Positions 1 to 10,074 of a stretch of DNA of 33,981 bases are shown here, in pieces. A model generated the notes under the pieces. It searched no databases. It was not told where the DNA came from and saw only the letters and a program-made list of their open reading frames with translations. A program made the translations under genes and the position numbers. Location of the stretch: positions 1-33,981 of the forward strand of contig JBFMGU010000109.1 of assembly GCA_040752415.1 (NCBI GenBank). Reading direction: 5' to 3'. Within the stretch, counting starts at the first letter, position 1; each line of letters begins with the position of its first letter. The DNA is from Myxococcota bacterium (lineage in GTDB: Bacteria > Myxococcota > JACRCW01).

Positions 1-23
1 TGGAAAACGCGTCAGGGGACCGC

Positions 24-440
24 GTGGCGCAGAAGTCGACCGTGTTGGTCCACGCGGTGTGGGCCACCAAGCGCAGAGCGCGGCTCCTGCTGCCCACGAT
101 GGACGCGTGGTTGGCGCAGGGACTCAGCGCACTTGCCCGACGAGAACTGTGCGAGGTCCTCGCCGTGGGCAACGCGGATGATCACGTCCATGTGCTCTTC
201 GCTCTCCACCACACCACGCCGCTGTCCGTCGCCATCCAACAACTCAAAGGCGGCTCAAGCCATGAGTGGAACGCGCTGAAGAGCGCGCCCCACCGTCTCC
301 AGTGGCAGATCGGCTACTGGGCGGAGTCGGTATCGCCGCGGGATGTTTGGTCGCTGGAGCGCTACATCCGCAACCAGCGCAGCCACCACGCGCGTTCTCG
401 CGCCCCGGAGGCGTGGCAATTGGAATCCGTTGTGAACTGA
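24..440 (+). CDS. tnpA: IS200/IS605-family Y1 (HUH) transposase, TnpA/RAYT-like, with no tnpB downstream
   Basis: 138 aa with HAVWATKRR at the N-terminus, HUH motif DHVHVL, LKGGSS, WQIGY, and catalytic Tyr in ERYIRNQRSHH. GTG start preceded by AGGGGA; the frame stays open to the window edge. Confidence 0.88.
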   Translation: MAQKSTVLVHAVWATKRRARLLLPTMDAWLAQGLSALARRELCEVLAVGNADDHVHVLFALHHTTPLSVAIQQLKGGSSHEWNALKSAPHRLQWQIGYWAESVSPRDVWSLERYIRNQRSHHARSRAPEAWQLESVVN

Positions 441-451
441 GGTCCGACAAC

Positions 452-526
452 GGAAGAAGCCCCGGCGCCCTTCGGGCGCTGGGGCTTACATCCGCACACA
501 ATGCCGCGGCTTTCAAGCCGCGGTTC
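452..526. repeat. REP-like double-hairpin repeat, copy 1
   Basis: AAGCCCCGGCGCCC-TTC-GGGCGCTGGGGCTT (14-bp stem, one G.T pair), then CCGCGGCTT-TC-AAGCCGCGG. Near-identical to 557-632. Confidence 0.9.
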
Positions 527-556
527 CCGGAGTCCGTCATGGACCGGGTCTGAACT

Positions 557-630
557 GGAAGAAGCCCCGGCGCCCTTCGGGCGCTGGGGCTTACATCCGC
601 CCTGCAATGCCGCGGCTTGCAAGCCGCGGT

Positions 631-632
<2 letters not shown>
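557..632. repeat. REP-like double-hairpin repeat, copy 2, abutting the gyrB stop codon; may also terminate gyrB transcription
   Basis: Same first hairpin as copy 1; the second is the perfect palindrome CCGCGGCTTGCAAGCCGCGG. Period 105 bp. On the minus strand the first hairpin runs out into CTTCTT. Confidence 0.9.
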
Positions 633-3159
<2,527 letters not shown>

Positions 3160-3187
3160 CTACCCATAAATCCCATGCCCTGCAAGG

Positions 3188-3216
3188 ATAAAATATTCAA
3201 TGAAATCAACAGCTTG
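3188..3216 (+). promoter_or_regulatory. IHF-consensus site inside an AT-rich patch of the gyrB/recF divergent intergenic region
   Basis: AATCAACAGCTTG (3204-3216) matches WATCAANNNNTTR exactly and is preceded by ATAAAATATT. Confidence 0.55.
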
Positions 3217-3284
3217 CATTGCATGCGCGGCAGGATGCGGGCCGGTGCTGGCGGGGCGGTGGGGACGTGGTGGAAGGTGGCGGG

Positions 3285-4406
3285 ATGCGGCTTGAGCGGC
3301 TGACGGTGAGCCACGTCCGATCCATCACCAGCGCCACGGTGGAGCTGGCGCCGCAGTTCACGTTGATCACCGGTCCCAACGGCGCGGGCAAGACCAACCT
3401 GCTGGAGGCGGCGCACCTGGCGGCCACGCTGCGGCCCCTGACCACGGGCACGCCGGGGGAGGTGGTGCAGAACGGGCAGACGCGCGCGGAGGTGGCGGCC
3501 ATCCTCACGGGCGGCGTGTTGCCGCTGGAGGTGCGCGTCATCATCGAGAACGGGCGACGACGGGCCACGGTGGCCGGGAAGCCCCTGCGCGACCACGCGG
3601 CGTACCTGGGCACGCTGGCCACCATGGCCTTCACGCCCGACGATCTGCGGCTGGTGAAGGAGGGGCCGGAGGCGCGTCGCAACTTCCTCAACCGCGCGGC
3701 CAGCCAGCTGTGGCCCGCGGCGCGGGAGGAGCTGCGTCGGCTGGAGCGTGCGCTCAAGCAGCGGAGCGCGGCGTTGCGCGGCGGCGCGCGCCTGGCGGTG
3801 CTGGAGGCGCTCAACGAGCCGCTGGCCGCTTCCGTGGTGGCGGTGTGGCGTCGCCGGGAGCGCACGCTCTCCGCGCTGGAGCCGCACGCCACGCGGTGGC
3901 TGGCGCACCTGCTGGATGGTCGCGCCCTGCAGCTGGGATTGCGTCCCGGAATGGAGCTGGCGCCGGAGCGCTTTGCCGCGCTCTCCGACGAGGAACGGGC
4001 CGCGGCGCTGGTGGAGGAGCTGGCGCGCACGCTGGACGAGGACCGACGCCGGGGCAGCACCAGCGTGGGCCCGCACCACGACGATCTCGAGCTCTTCCTC
4101 GACGGGCAGGCGGCGCGGAGGTTCGCCAGCCAGGGGCAGCAGCGGTGTGTGGCGCTGGCCTTGACGCTGGGCGTGGTGGATGCGTTGCGGGAGGCCCGCG
4201 CGGCGCCGCCGCTGGTGCTCCTGGACGACGTGAGCAGCGAGCTCGACGACGCCCGTCGCGGCGCGCTGTTCCAGGCGTTGGCCGACGCGGGCAGCCAGGT
4301 CATGGCCACCGCCACCGACGAGAGCCTCTTGCCCCTGCCGCCCGGCTACGCGGGCGAGGTGGCGCGCTACCGCGCGAGCGCGGGCACGTTCACCCCGACG
4401 AAGTGA
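3285..4406 (+). CDS. recF: DNA replication/repair protein RecF
   Basis: Starts MRLERL; Walker A GPNGAGKTNLLEA, EGPEARRNFLN, GPHHDDL, signature ASQGQQR, Walker B LLDDVSSELD. Confidence 0.93.
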   Translation: MRLERLTVSHVRSITSATVELAPQFTLITGPNGAGKTNLLEAAHLAATLRPLTTGTPGEVVQNGQTRAEVAAILTGGVLPLEVRVIIENGRRRATVAGKPLRDHAAYLGTLATMAFTPDDLRLVKEGPEARRNFLNRAASQLWPAAREELRRLERALKQRSAALRGGARLAVLEALNEPLAASVVAVWRRRERTLSALEPHATRWLAHLLDGRALQLGLRPGMELAPERFAALSDEERAAALVEELARTLDEDRRRGSTSVGPHHDDLELFLDGQAARRFASQGQQRCVALALTLGVVDALREARAAPPLVLLDDVSSELDDARRGALFQALADAGSQVMATATDESLLPLPPGYAGEVARYRASAGTFTPTK

Positions 4407-4983
4407 CGCCTTCGTCCGTGGGCGGCGTCCAGCTGGGGAGCGGCGCCTGGCCCAGCCGGATGCGCTCCATCTCTCCCAACCGCTCCAGCATGCTGTCCCG
4501 GTGCGTGGCGGCCCAGTAGACGCGGCCGCACCGCGGACAGGCCACAAAGCGCGACTGCGTGCGCGCCACGTACTGCGGCACCCGCCCCACCACCTCTCCC
4601 GGCGTGGCGGAGTGCAGCACCGCGTTGTCCTCGCGGCAGCGCGTGAGCGCCCGCTCCGTGAGTGAGAGGTTCAGCCGGCCGGCCACCTCCAGCACCTGGT
4701 GGAAAGGCACGTCGTCACGGACCAGGACCGCGCGCTCCCCCAGCTCCGCCTGGATCCGCTGGCTGCGCGTGAGCACCATCCGCCCCTGCGTGCGCGCCAT
4801 TTCCAGCAGCTGCTCGGTCTGCGCCGGCGCGTCCCGACGGGCGCGGCGACGGGGAGAGATGAACTCCGTGTCGTAGCCGGCGGCGCGCAGCCAGCGGCAT
4901 AACGCCCCCAGCGTGCCGTCGCACACCAGCCGGATGTCCCCTTCCTGTCCCGCTCCTGGCCCCGGTTTCACGCCCCCCACCAT
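4390..4983 (-). CDS. Mut7-C RNase (PIN-like, DUF82) domain protein
   Basis: DGTLGALCRWLRAAGYDT, RMVLTRS, TRCREDN and CPRCGRVYWAATH zinc-ribbon motifs. Start uncertain (4983 ATG or 5019). Overlaps the recF 3' end by 17 bp. Confidence 0.8.
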   Translation of the reverse strand: MVGGVKPGPGAGQEGDIRLVCDGTLGALCRWLRAAGYDTEFISPRRRARRDAPAQTEQLLEMARTQGRMVLTRSQRIQAELGERAVLVRDDVPFHQVLEVAGRLNLSLTERALTRCREDNAVLHSATPGEVVGRVPQYVARTQSRFVACPRCGRVYWAATHRDSMLERLGEMERIRLGQAPLPSWTPPTDEGVTSSG

Positions 4984-5040
4984 ACCGGCGCCCCCACGCC
5001 TCTTCAGGCCCCCTGCCACCGCCCGTCAGCTGGAGGAGTG

Positions 5041-5091
5041 TCCGCTATGGCGGAGATCTGCCTTGACGTTTCCTCCGCTATAGCGGATATT
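5041..5091 (+). promoter_or_regulatory. Tandem palindromic operators overlapping a sigma70-like promoter
   Basis: TCCGCTATGGCGGA (5041-5054) and perfect palindrome TCCGCTATAGCGGA (5074-5087) flank TTGACG (5063-5068); GATATT lies 17 nt after the -35. Confidence 0.7.
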
Positions 5092-5122
5092 ACGTCTCAG
5101 TCTGGGACGGAGGTGGACGCCC

Positions 5123-5272
5123 ATGAAATCCAGCACGGCTGCGGTGATTGACATCCAGGAATGGCGGAGGAAGCGCGAGCAGGAGCAGGCGCAGAGCTCG
5201 CAGGTTCCGCAGGTGACCCCTGTCTGGGTTCCCATGTGGGTGTGTTGGGTGCCAATCTGGCCGGTGGGATGA
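5123..5272 (+). CDS. Small 49-aa Trp/Pro/Val-rich protein (absent from the ORF track)
   Basis: GGAGGT RBS, then MKSSTAAVIDIQEWRRKREQEQAQSSQVPQVTPVWVPMWVCWVPIWPVG*. Its TGA overlaps the next ATG (ATGA, 5269-5272). Confidence 0.72.
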   Translation: MKSSTAAVIDIQEWRRKREQEQAQSSQVPQVTPVWVPMWVCWVPIWPVG

Positions 5273-5979
5273 AAAGCGTCCGCGAAAACACGACTCCGGA
5301 AAAGAAGAAGCGGCCCGCGCCGGCTGCCAACAGTGAGGGTTTGCCCGGGGCGCGGGGCACTCCTGCCGAGGGGGATGACGCGTGGGCCTATGAGGAGGCT
5401 CACGAGACCACGTCGGCCGACCTTGCGCCGGTGGTGGGGGGAAACCTGCGCCGGCTGCGGGTGCGACGCGGGTTGTCGCTCGAGAAGCTGAGCAAGGCCT
5501 CGGGCGTCTCGCGCGCCATGCTGGGCCAGATCGAGCTGGGGCAGAGCGCGCCCACCATCAACGTGCTGTGGAAGATCAGCCGCGCCCTGGGTGTGCCGTT
5601 TTCCGCGCTCATCAGCGCGCGCGGTGAAGGCGGGACCGTGGTGCTGCGCGTCAACAGCGCCAAGCGCCTCACCAGCCATGACGGAAAGTTCAGCTCCCGT
5701 GCGCTCTTCCCGTTCGACGAGCCGCGTCGCGTGGAGTTCTACGAGCTGCGCCTGGCCGCGGGCGGCGTGGAGAACGCGGAGCCGCACCAGGCGGGCACCG
5801 TCGAGAACATCGTGGTCAGCCAGGGCAGCGTGGAGATCGACGCCAACGGTGACAAGCACCAGCTGCAGGCCGGCGACGCCATCGTCTTCGCCGCCGACGT
5901 GGTGCACTCCTACCGCAACACCGGCAACACCGAGGCCGTGATGTACCTGGTCATGACCTACGCGGACACGGTGGGCTGA
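5269..5979 (+). CDS. XRE-family HTH + cupin transcriptional regulator (SutR/YdcN-like)
   Basis: HTH NLRRLRVRRGLSLEKLSKASGVSRAMLGQIELGQSAPTINVLWKISRALGVPFSALI; cupin EPHQAGTVENIVVSQG...LQAGDAIVFAADVVHSYRN. Confidence 0.9.
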   Translation: MKSVRENTTPEKKKRPAPAANSEGLPGARGTPAEGDDAWAYEEAHETTSADLAPVVGGNLRRLRVRRGLSLEKLSKASGVSRAMLGQIELGQSAPTINVLWKISRALGVPFSALISARGEGGTVVLRVNSAKRLTSHDGKFSSRALFPFDEPRRVEFYELRLAAGGVENAEPHQAGTVENIVVSQGSVEIDANGDKHQLQAGDAIVFAADVVHSYRNTGNTEAVMYLVMTYADTVG

Positions 5980-6409
5980 GGCCCAGCGCGTGCGTGTCGG
6001 CGTCGGCGGCCCCCGACGTCACCACACCCTGATTCCGTTCACGGAACCCTGTTGGCCGAACCGTTCCGGGTGCCTTGCTCACCCTTGGGTGCATCCCCGT
6101 GGCGTCACGGCGCGAGGCGTGGGCTGGTTGGGAGGGCTGGTCCAACGTTCCCGACGGCAGGACCGGGGGCTGCCGGGCGGCATGTCAAGTCTGGCTTGAG
6201 GTGTAATACACCTTGAGGAGAGGGCGGTGCGGCCGGCACTCCGCGCGCAAACCGGCCGCGCCTTCCCAACCCAAACCACGTGTCGTGCTCCACCGACGTG
6301 GCGCTTCCAGCACCCCAGGCGAGTCCGCCGACCGCCCGAAATGCGAAAGGCGCGCGACCCACGACGGGAACCGCGCGCCTTCTGCTGTTGACGACGTGCT
6401 CTCAGCGAA

Positions 6410-6778
6410 TCACTTGGTGCACATCATCATCGGCATGCCGCCGCACATCATCATCATGGGCATGCCCATGTTCATCATGGACATCATCATGTTGCAGCGG
6501 TCCTTCATCATCTCCATGGAGCCCTGATCCATCGGCATCATCTTCACCATCATGCCGTCCTTGCCCATCTCCATGGTGCACTTGCACATCATCGGCATGC
6601 CCATGCCCATCATCATCGGCATCATGCCCATCATGTTCGGCATCATGTTCATGCCCATCATGCCGGGCATCATCCCCATCATGTTCGGCATCATGTTCAT
6701 CATGTTGGGCATCATCCCCATCATGTTCGGCATGTTCGGCATCGGCATGTTGGGCATCGGCATCGACATCGCGGTCAT
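6410..6778 (-). CDS. Methionine-rich hypothetical protein (122 aa, about 60 Met, 5 Cys)
   Basis: AAGGAG RBS 6 nt before ATG 6778. Non-Met codons end in G/C (CCG, AAC, GGC, TGC), matching neighbouring genes. MPNMMGM-type repeats, then a CKC...C...C...C C-terminal region. Confidence 0.8.
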   Translation of the reverse strand: MTAMSMPMPNMPMPNMPNMMGMMPNMMNMMPNMMGMMPGMMGMNMMPNMMGMMPMMMGMGMPMMCKCTMEMGKDGMMVKMMPMDQGSMEMMKDRCNMMMSMMNMGMPMMMMCGGMPMMMCTK

Positions 6779-6877
6779 GGCGCGCTCCTTGTGAGGGTGG
6801 TCGGACAAAAGGTGCGTGCAAACTAACTCCGCTTCTCTCGTGCGCAATCCCTTCCTCCGTGCTCGTTGTCGCTTTCC

Positions 6878-6891
6878 TCCGACGTAACGGA
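6878..6891. promoter_or_regulatory. Third, degenerate copy of the TCCG-N6-CGGA palindrome, upstream of the Met-rich gene
   Basis: TTTCC-TCCGACGTAACGGA (6873-6891) versus TTTCC-TCCGCTATAGCGGA (5069-5087). Confidence 0.45.
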
Positions 6892-7021
6892 GACATCTCG
6901 TGCTCCGGCGGACGTGGTGGCCGTGGGGACGGAGAGATGTCCGCTGACAACGGAGGGATGGGTGCTGTGGGCGGAAGCGCGTCCGTTGTTGCGGCGGCCG
7001 TCGGTGCTAGGTTGCGCGGCC

Positions 7022-9238
7022 ATGATCCGACCCAAGCCTGCTTCCATCCTCCCGTTCGTGCTGGTGTTGGCGGCGAGCGCGCGTGCGGACGCGCCAGTTG
7101 TCGACGGGCCGCACCCGGGATTCCTCCGCGACCTGGCGCAGACCCGCAGCTTCAACCTGGGCCGACCGGTTGGCATCAAGCCCACGCCCGACGGGAAGAC
7201 GGTCTTGTTCCTGCGCGCGCCCCCGCGTGAGCCCAGGCTGCACCTTCACGAGTTGGACACCACGACAGGGCAGTCGCGCGAGCTGCTGACGCCTGCGGCC
7301 CTGCTCGCCGGCGCCGAGGAGAAGCTTACCGTGGAGGAGCGCGCACGACGGGAACGCATGCGCATCAGCGTGGGCGGCTTCACCTCCTTTGACCTCAGTG
7401 ACGACGGAAAACTCGTCCTGCTCTCGCTCTCCGGGAAGCTGTACATCCTGGAGCGCGCCACCGGCGCCACTCGTGAGCTGCCCATTCCCCCCGGCGCCCT
7501 GGACCCGCGCTTCACTCCCGACGGGAAATCCGTCTCCTACGTGCGTGATCACGACGTGCACCTGCTGGACCTGGCCACCCACAAGGAGCGTCGGATCACG
7601 ACGGGGGGGAGCGAGCTGGTCAGCCACGGGCTGGCGGAGTTCGTGGCGCAGGAGGAGATGTCGCGGATGCGCGGGTATTGGTGGAGCCCCGACGCGCGCA
7701 CGTTGATCTACGAGGAGAGCGACACCCGCGACGTGGAGCAGTTCTTCATCAGCGACCCCACGCATCCCGAGTCCTCCCCGACGGGATTCCGCTATCCGCG
7801 CCCCGGAAGGAAGAACGCGGTGGTGAAGCTGGGCATCGTGGGCGCGCAGGGCGGGAAGACCACGTGGGTGAGCTGGGATGTGAACGCGTTCCCGTACGTG
7901 GCCAAGGTGGACTGGGAGAAGAACGCGCCCCCCACCGTGCTGGTGCAGTCGCGCGACCAGCGGCACGAAGTATTGCTCTCCGTGGACCCGACGACGGGGA
8001 AGACCACGCCGCTGCTGGAGGAGCGCGACGACGCGTGGCTCAACCTGGACCCCGAGATGCCGCGCTGGCTCCCCGACGGAAAGAGCTTCCTCTGGACCAC
8101 CGAGCGCAACGGTGCCTGGGAGCTGGAGCTGCATGACCGCAAGGGCGCCTTCATCCGCACCGTGGTGCCCATGCACCTGGGCTACCGCAGCCTGGCCGAC
8201 GTCGACGCCGAGCAGGGACACGTGTTCTTCCACGCCAGCGTCGACCCCACGCAGACCCACCTGTACCGCGGTCTCATCACCGGCAGTGACTTCACCCAGC
8301 TGACGACGTCACCCGGCCACCACGCCGCGCTGTTCTCCAAGGACCACCGCATCTACGTGGAGACGTTGACCAGCAGCACCGACTGGCGTCGCAGCGAGGT
8401 GCACCGCGCGGATGGCTCGCTGGTGGGCGTGGTCCCCGCCGTCAACGAGATGCCGCCGTTCAAGCCGAATGTCGAGTGGGTGCGCGTGGGGGAGGGCGCG
8501 GGGCTGCACGCGGTGGTGATCCGGCCGCGCGCGTTCGATCGGAACCGGCGTTATCCCGTCGTGGTGAGGGTGTACGGAGGGCCGCACTACAACATCGTGA
8601 ACCGCACGCTGGAGCAGTACCTCGCGGACCAATGGCTGGCGGATCACGGGTACATCCTGGTCTCCATTGACGGGCGGGGCACGCCCCGACGGGGACGGGC
8701 CTGGGAACGCGCCATCGCCGGTGACTTCGGCGCCATCCCGCTGCAGGACCAGGTCACGGGATTGAAAGCGCTGGGGATGCGCTATCCCGAGATGGACCTC
8801 TCCCGCGTGGGTGTCCTCGGGTGGAGCTTTGGCGGGTACATGGCGGCGCTGGCGGTGCTGCGTCGGCCCGACGTGTTCAAGACCGCGATGGCGGGCGCGC
8901 CGGTGGTGGACTGGCTGGACTACGACACGCACTACACCGAGCGCTACCTGGGCCTCCCCGACGTCAACGCCAAGGGTTATGACCAGTCCAACCTGCTCAC
9001 GTACGCCGGGAAGCTGGAGCGCCCGCTCTTGCTCATCCACGGCACCGCCGACGACAACGTGTACTTCTTCCACACGCTCAGGCTGTCCGACGCGCTGCTG
9101 CGCTCCGGTCGACGTCACACCGTGCTGCCGCTCAGCGGCTTCACGCATATGGTGAGCAAGCCGGAGGTGGTGGAGGCCATGTGGACCCGCGTGGTGGATC
9201 ACCTGGGCGAGACGCTGCAACCCGGGAGGAACCCGTGA
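7022..9238 (+). CDS. S9B dipeptidyl peptidase IV-family serine peptidase, exported
   Basis: Signal peptide ending in ARA; GLAEFVAQEEM, YWWSPD, YPRPG, VYGGP, nucleophile GWSFGG, YDTHYTERY, HGTADDNV and FTHM. Confidence 0.93.
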   Translation: MIRPKPASILPFVLVLAASARADAPVVDGPHPGFLRDLAQTRSFNLGRPVGIKPTPDGKTVLFLRAPPREPRLHLHELDTTTGQSRELLTPAALLAGAEEKLTVEERARRERMRISVGGFTSFDLSDDGKLVLLSLSGKLYILERATGATRELPIPPGALDPRFTPDGKSVSYVRDHDVHLLDLATHKERRITTGGSELVSHGLAEFVAQEEMSRMRGYWWSPDARTLIYEESDTRDVEQFFISDPTHPESSPTGFRYPRPGRKNAVVKLGIVGAQGGKTTWVSWDVNAFPYVAKVDWEKNAPPTVLVQSRDQRHEVLLSVDPTTGKTTPLLEERDDAWLNLDPEMPRWLPDGKSFLWTTERNGAWELELHDRKGAFIRTVVPMHLGYRSLADVDAEQGHVFFHASVDPTQTHLYRGLITGSDFTQLTTSPGHHAALFSKDHRIYVETLTSSTDWRRSEVHRADGSLVGVVPAVNEMPPFKPNVEWVRVGEGAGLHAVVIRPRAFDRNRRYPVVVRVYGGPHYNIVNRTLEQYLADQWLADHGYILVSIDGRGTPRRGRAWERAIAGDFGAIPLQDQVTGLKALGMRYPEMDLSRVGVLGWSFGGYMAALAVLRRPDVFKTAMAGAPVVDWLDYDTHYTERYLGLPDVNAKGYDQSNLLTYAGKLERPLLLIHGTADDNVYFFHTLRLSDALLRSGRRHTVLPLSGFTHMVSKPEVVEAMWTRVVDHLGETLQPGRNP

Positions 9239-9696
9239 CGAAGAACCTGCAGGACACCTACGCGCCCACCAGCATCTGCTTCGGTTGCGGACCCGCCAAC
9301 GCCAAGGGACTGCGCATCAAGAGCATTCCCCAGGGTGACGACGTGGTGGCGACGTTCATGCCCGAAGAGCACCACCAGGCGTTCCCGGGAATGATCAACG
9401 GCGGCATCATTGGCGCGCTGCTGGATTGCCACTCCAACTGGACCGCGGCGCATCACCTCATGCGCACCCGCGGACTGGACGCGCCGCCGTGCACGGTGAC
9501 CGCGGAGTTCAACGTGAAGCTGCGGCGGCCCACGCCGACGGGGAAGCCGCTGCACCTCAAGGCGCGACCCACCGCCACCGACGGAGACAAAGTCACCGTG
9601 GAGGCCACCCTGGAGGCGGACGGGAAGGTCTGTGCCACCTGCACCGGGGTGTTCGTGGCGGTGAAGGAAGGGCATCCCGCGTATCACCGCTGGTAG
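9235..9696 (+). CDS. PaaI-like hotdog-fold thioesterase
   Basis: CFGCGPANAKGL, GMINGGIIGALLDCH, VTAEFNVKLRRPTP. GTG start overlaps the upstream TGA; GGAGGA RBS. Confidence 0.85.
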   Translation: MTKNLQDTYAPTSICFGCGPANAKGLRIKSIPQGDDVVATFMPEEHHQAFPGMINGGIIGALLDCHSNWTAAHHLMRTRGLDAPPCTVTAEFNVKLRRPTPTGKPLHLKARPTATDGDKVTVEATLEADGKVCATCTGVFVAVKEGHPAYHRW

Positions 9697-9718
9697 ACGC
9701 TGTGGTAGGAGGGCTCCC

Positions 9719-10072
9719 ATGTTTGCCAGAGCGCTCTTGGCGGTGATGTTCGTGATGGTGACGTCGTGCGGGCTGAACAAGCGCGGCGAGTCCTGTGACA
9801 TTACCAACTACTCGCGCGAGTGCGAGCCGGGCACCGTCTGCTCCTACAACTACCAGGAGTGCCCGGAGTACGGGTGTCCCAAGTGTCGCAAGCAGTGCAC
9901 CACCAACGCCGACTGCGCCGGTGGGGACACCTCCTGCGCCGAGCCCATCTGCGACTTCGCCAACCAGGAGGCCACGCGGGGCGTGTGTCGGGAGTGCAAG
10001 CCCGCGTGCAACTACTACGAGGATCCCCGTTGCCTGCTCCCCTCGGAGCTGGGCGGGATCACCACGCAGTGA
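9719..10072 (+). CDS. Cys-rich putative lipoprotein
   Basis: Hydrophobic leader ending VTSC (lipobox-like) and 14 further Cys in 100 aa; AGGAGG RBS. Confidence 0.75.
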   Translation: MFARALLAVMFVMVTSCGLNKRGESCDITNYSRECEPGTVCSYNYQECPEYGCPKCRKQCTTNADCAGGDTSCAEPICDFANQEATRGVCRECKPACNYYEDPRCLLPSELGGITTQ

Positions 10073-10074
10073 CG

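Noticed and set aside
5161..5268. N-terminal extension of the XRE regulator in the ORF track
   Set aside because: Overlaps the better-supported 49-aa ORF, which has a strong RBS; ATG 5269 in an ATGA overlap is the more plausible start.
6402..6950. His/Asp-rich 182-aa 'metal-binding' ORF, plus Ile-rich and Ser/Cys-rich plus-strand ORFs
   Set aside because: These are alternative-frame readings of ATG runs. They rely on T- or A-ending codons (CAT/GAT, TCA) or lack a clear RBS, whereas the Met frame has AAGGAG and GC-ending codons.
6847..6959. Hammerhead ribozyme or SAM-I riboswitch
   Set aside because: A three-way junction with GAAA is possible, but the CUGANGA core and SAM-I conserved nucleotides are missing; kept only as an unnamed candidate structure.
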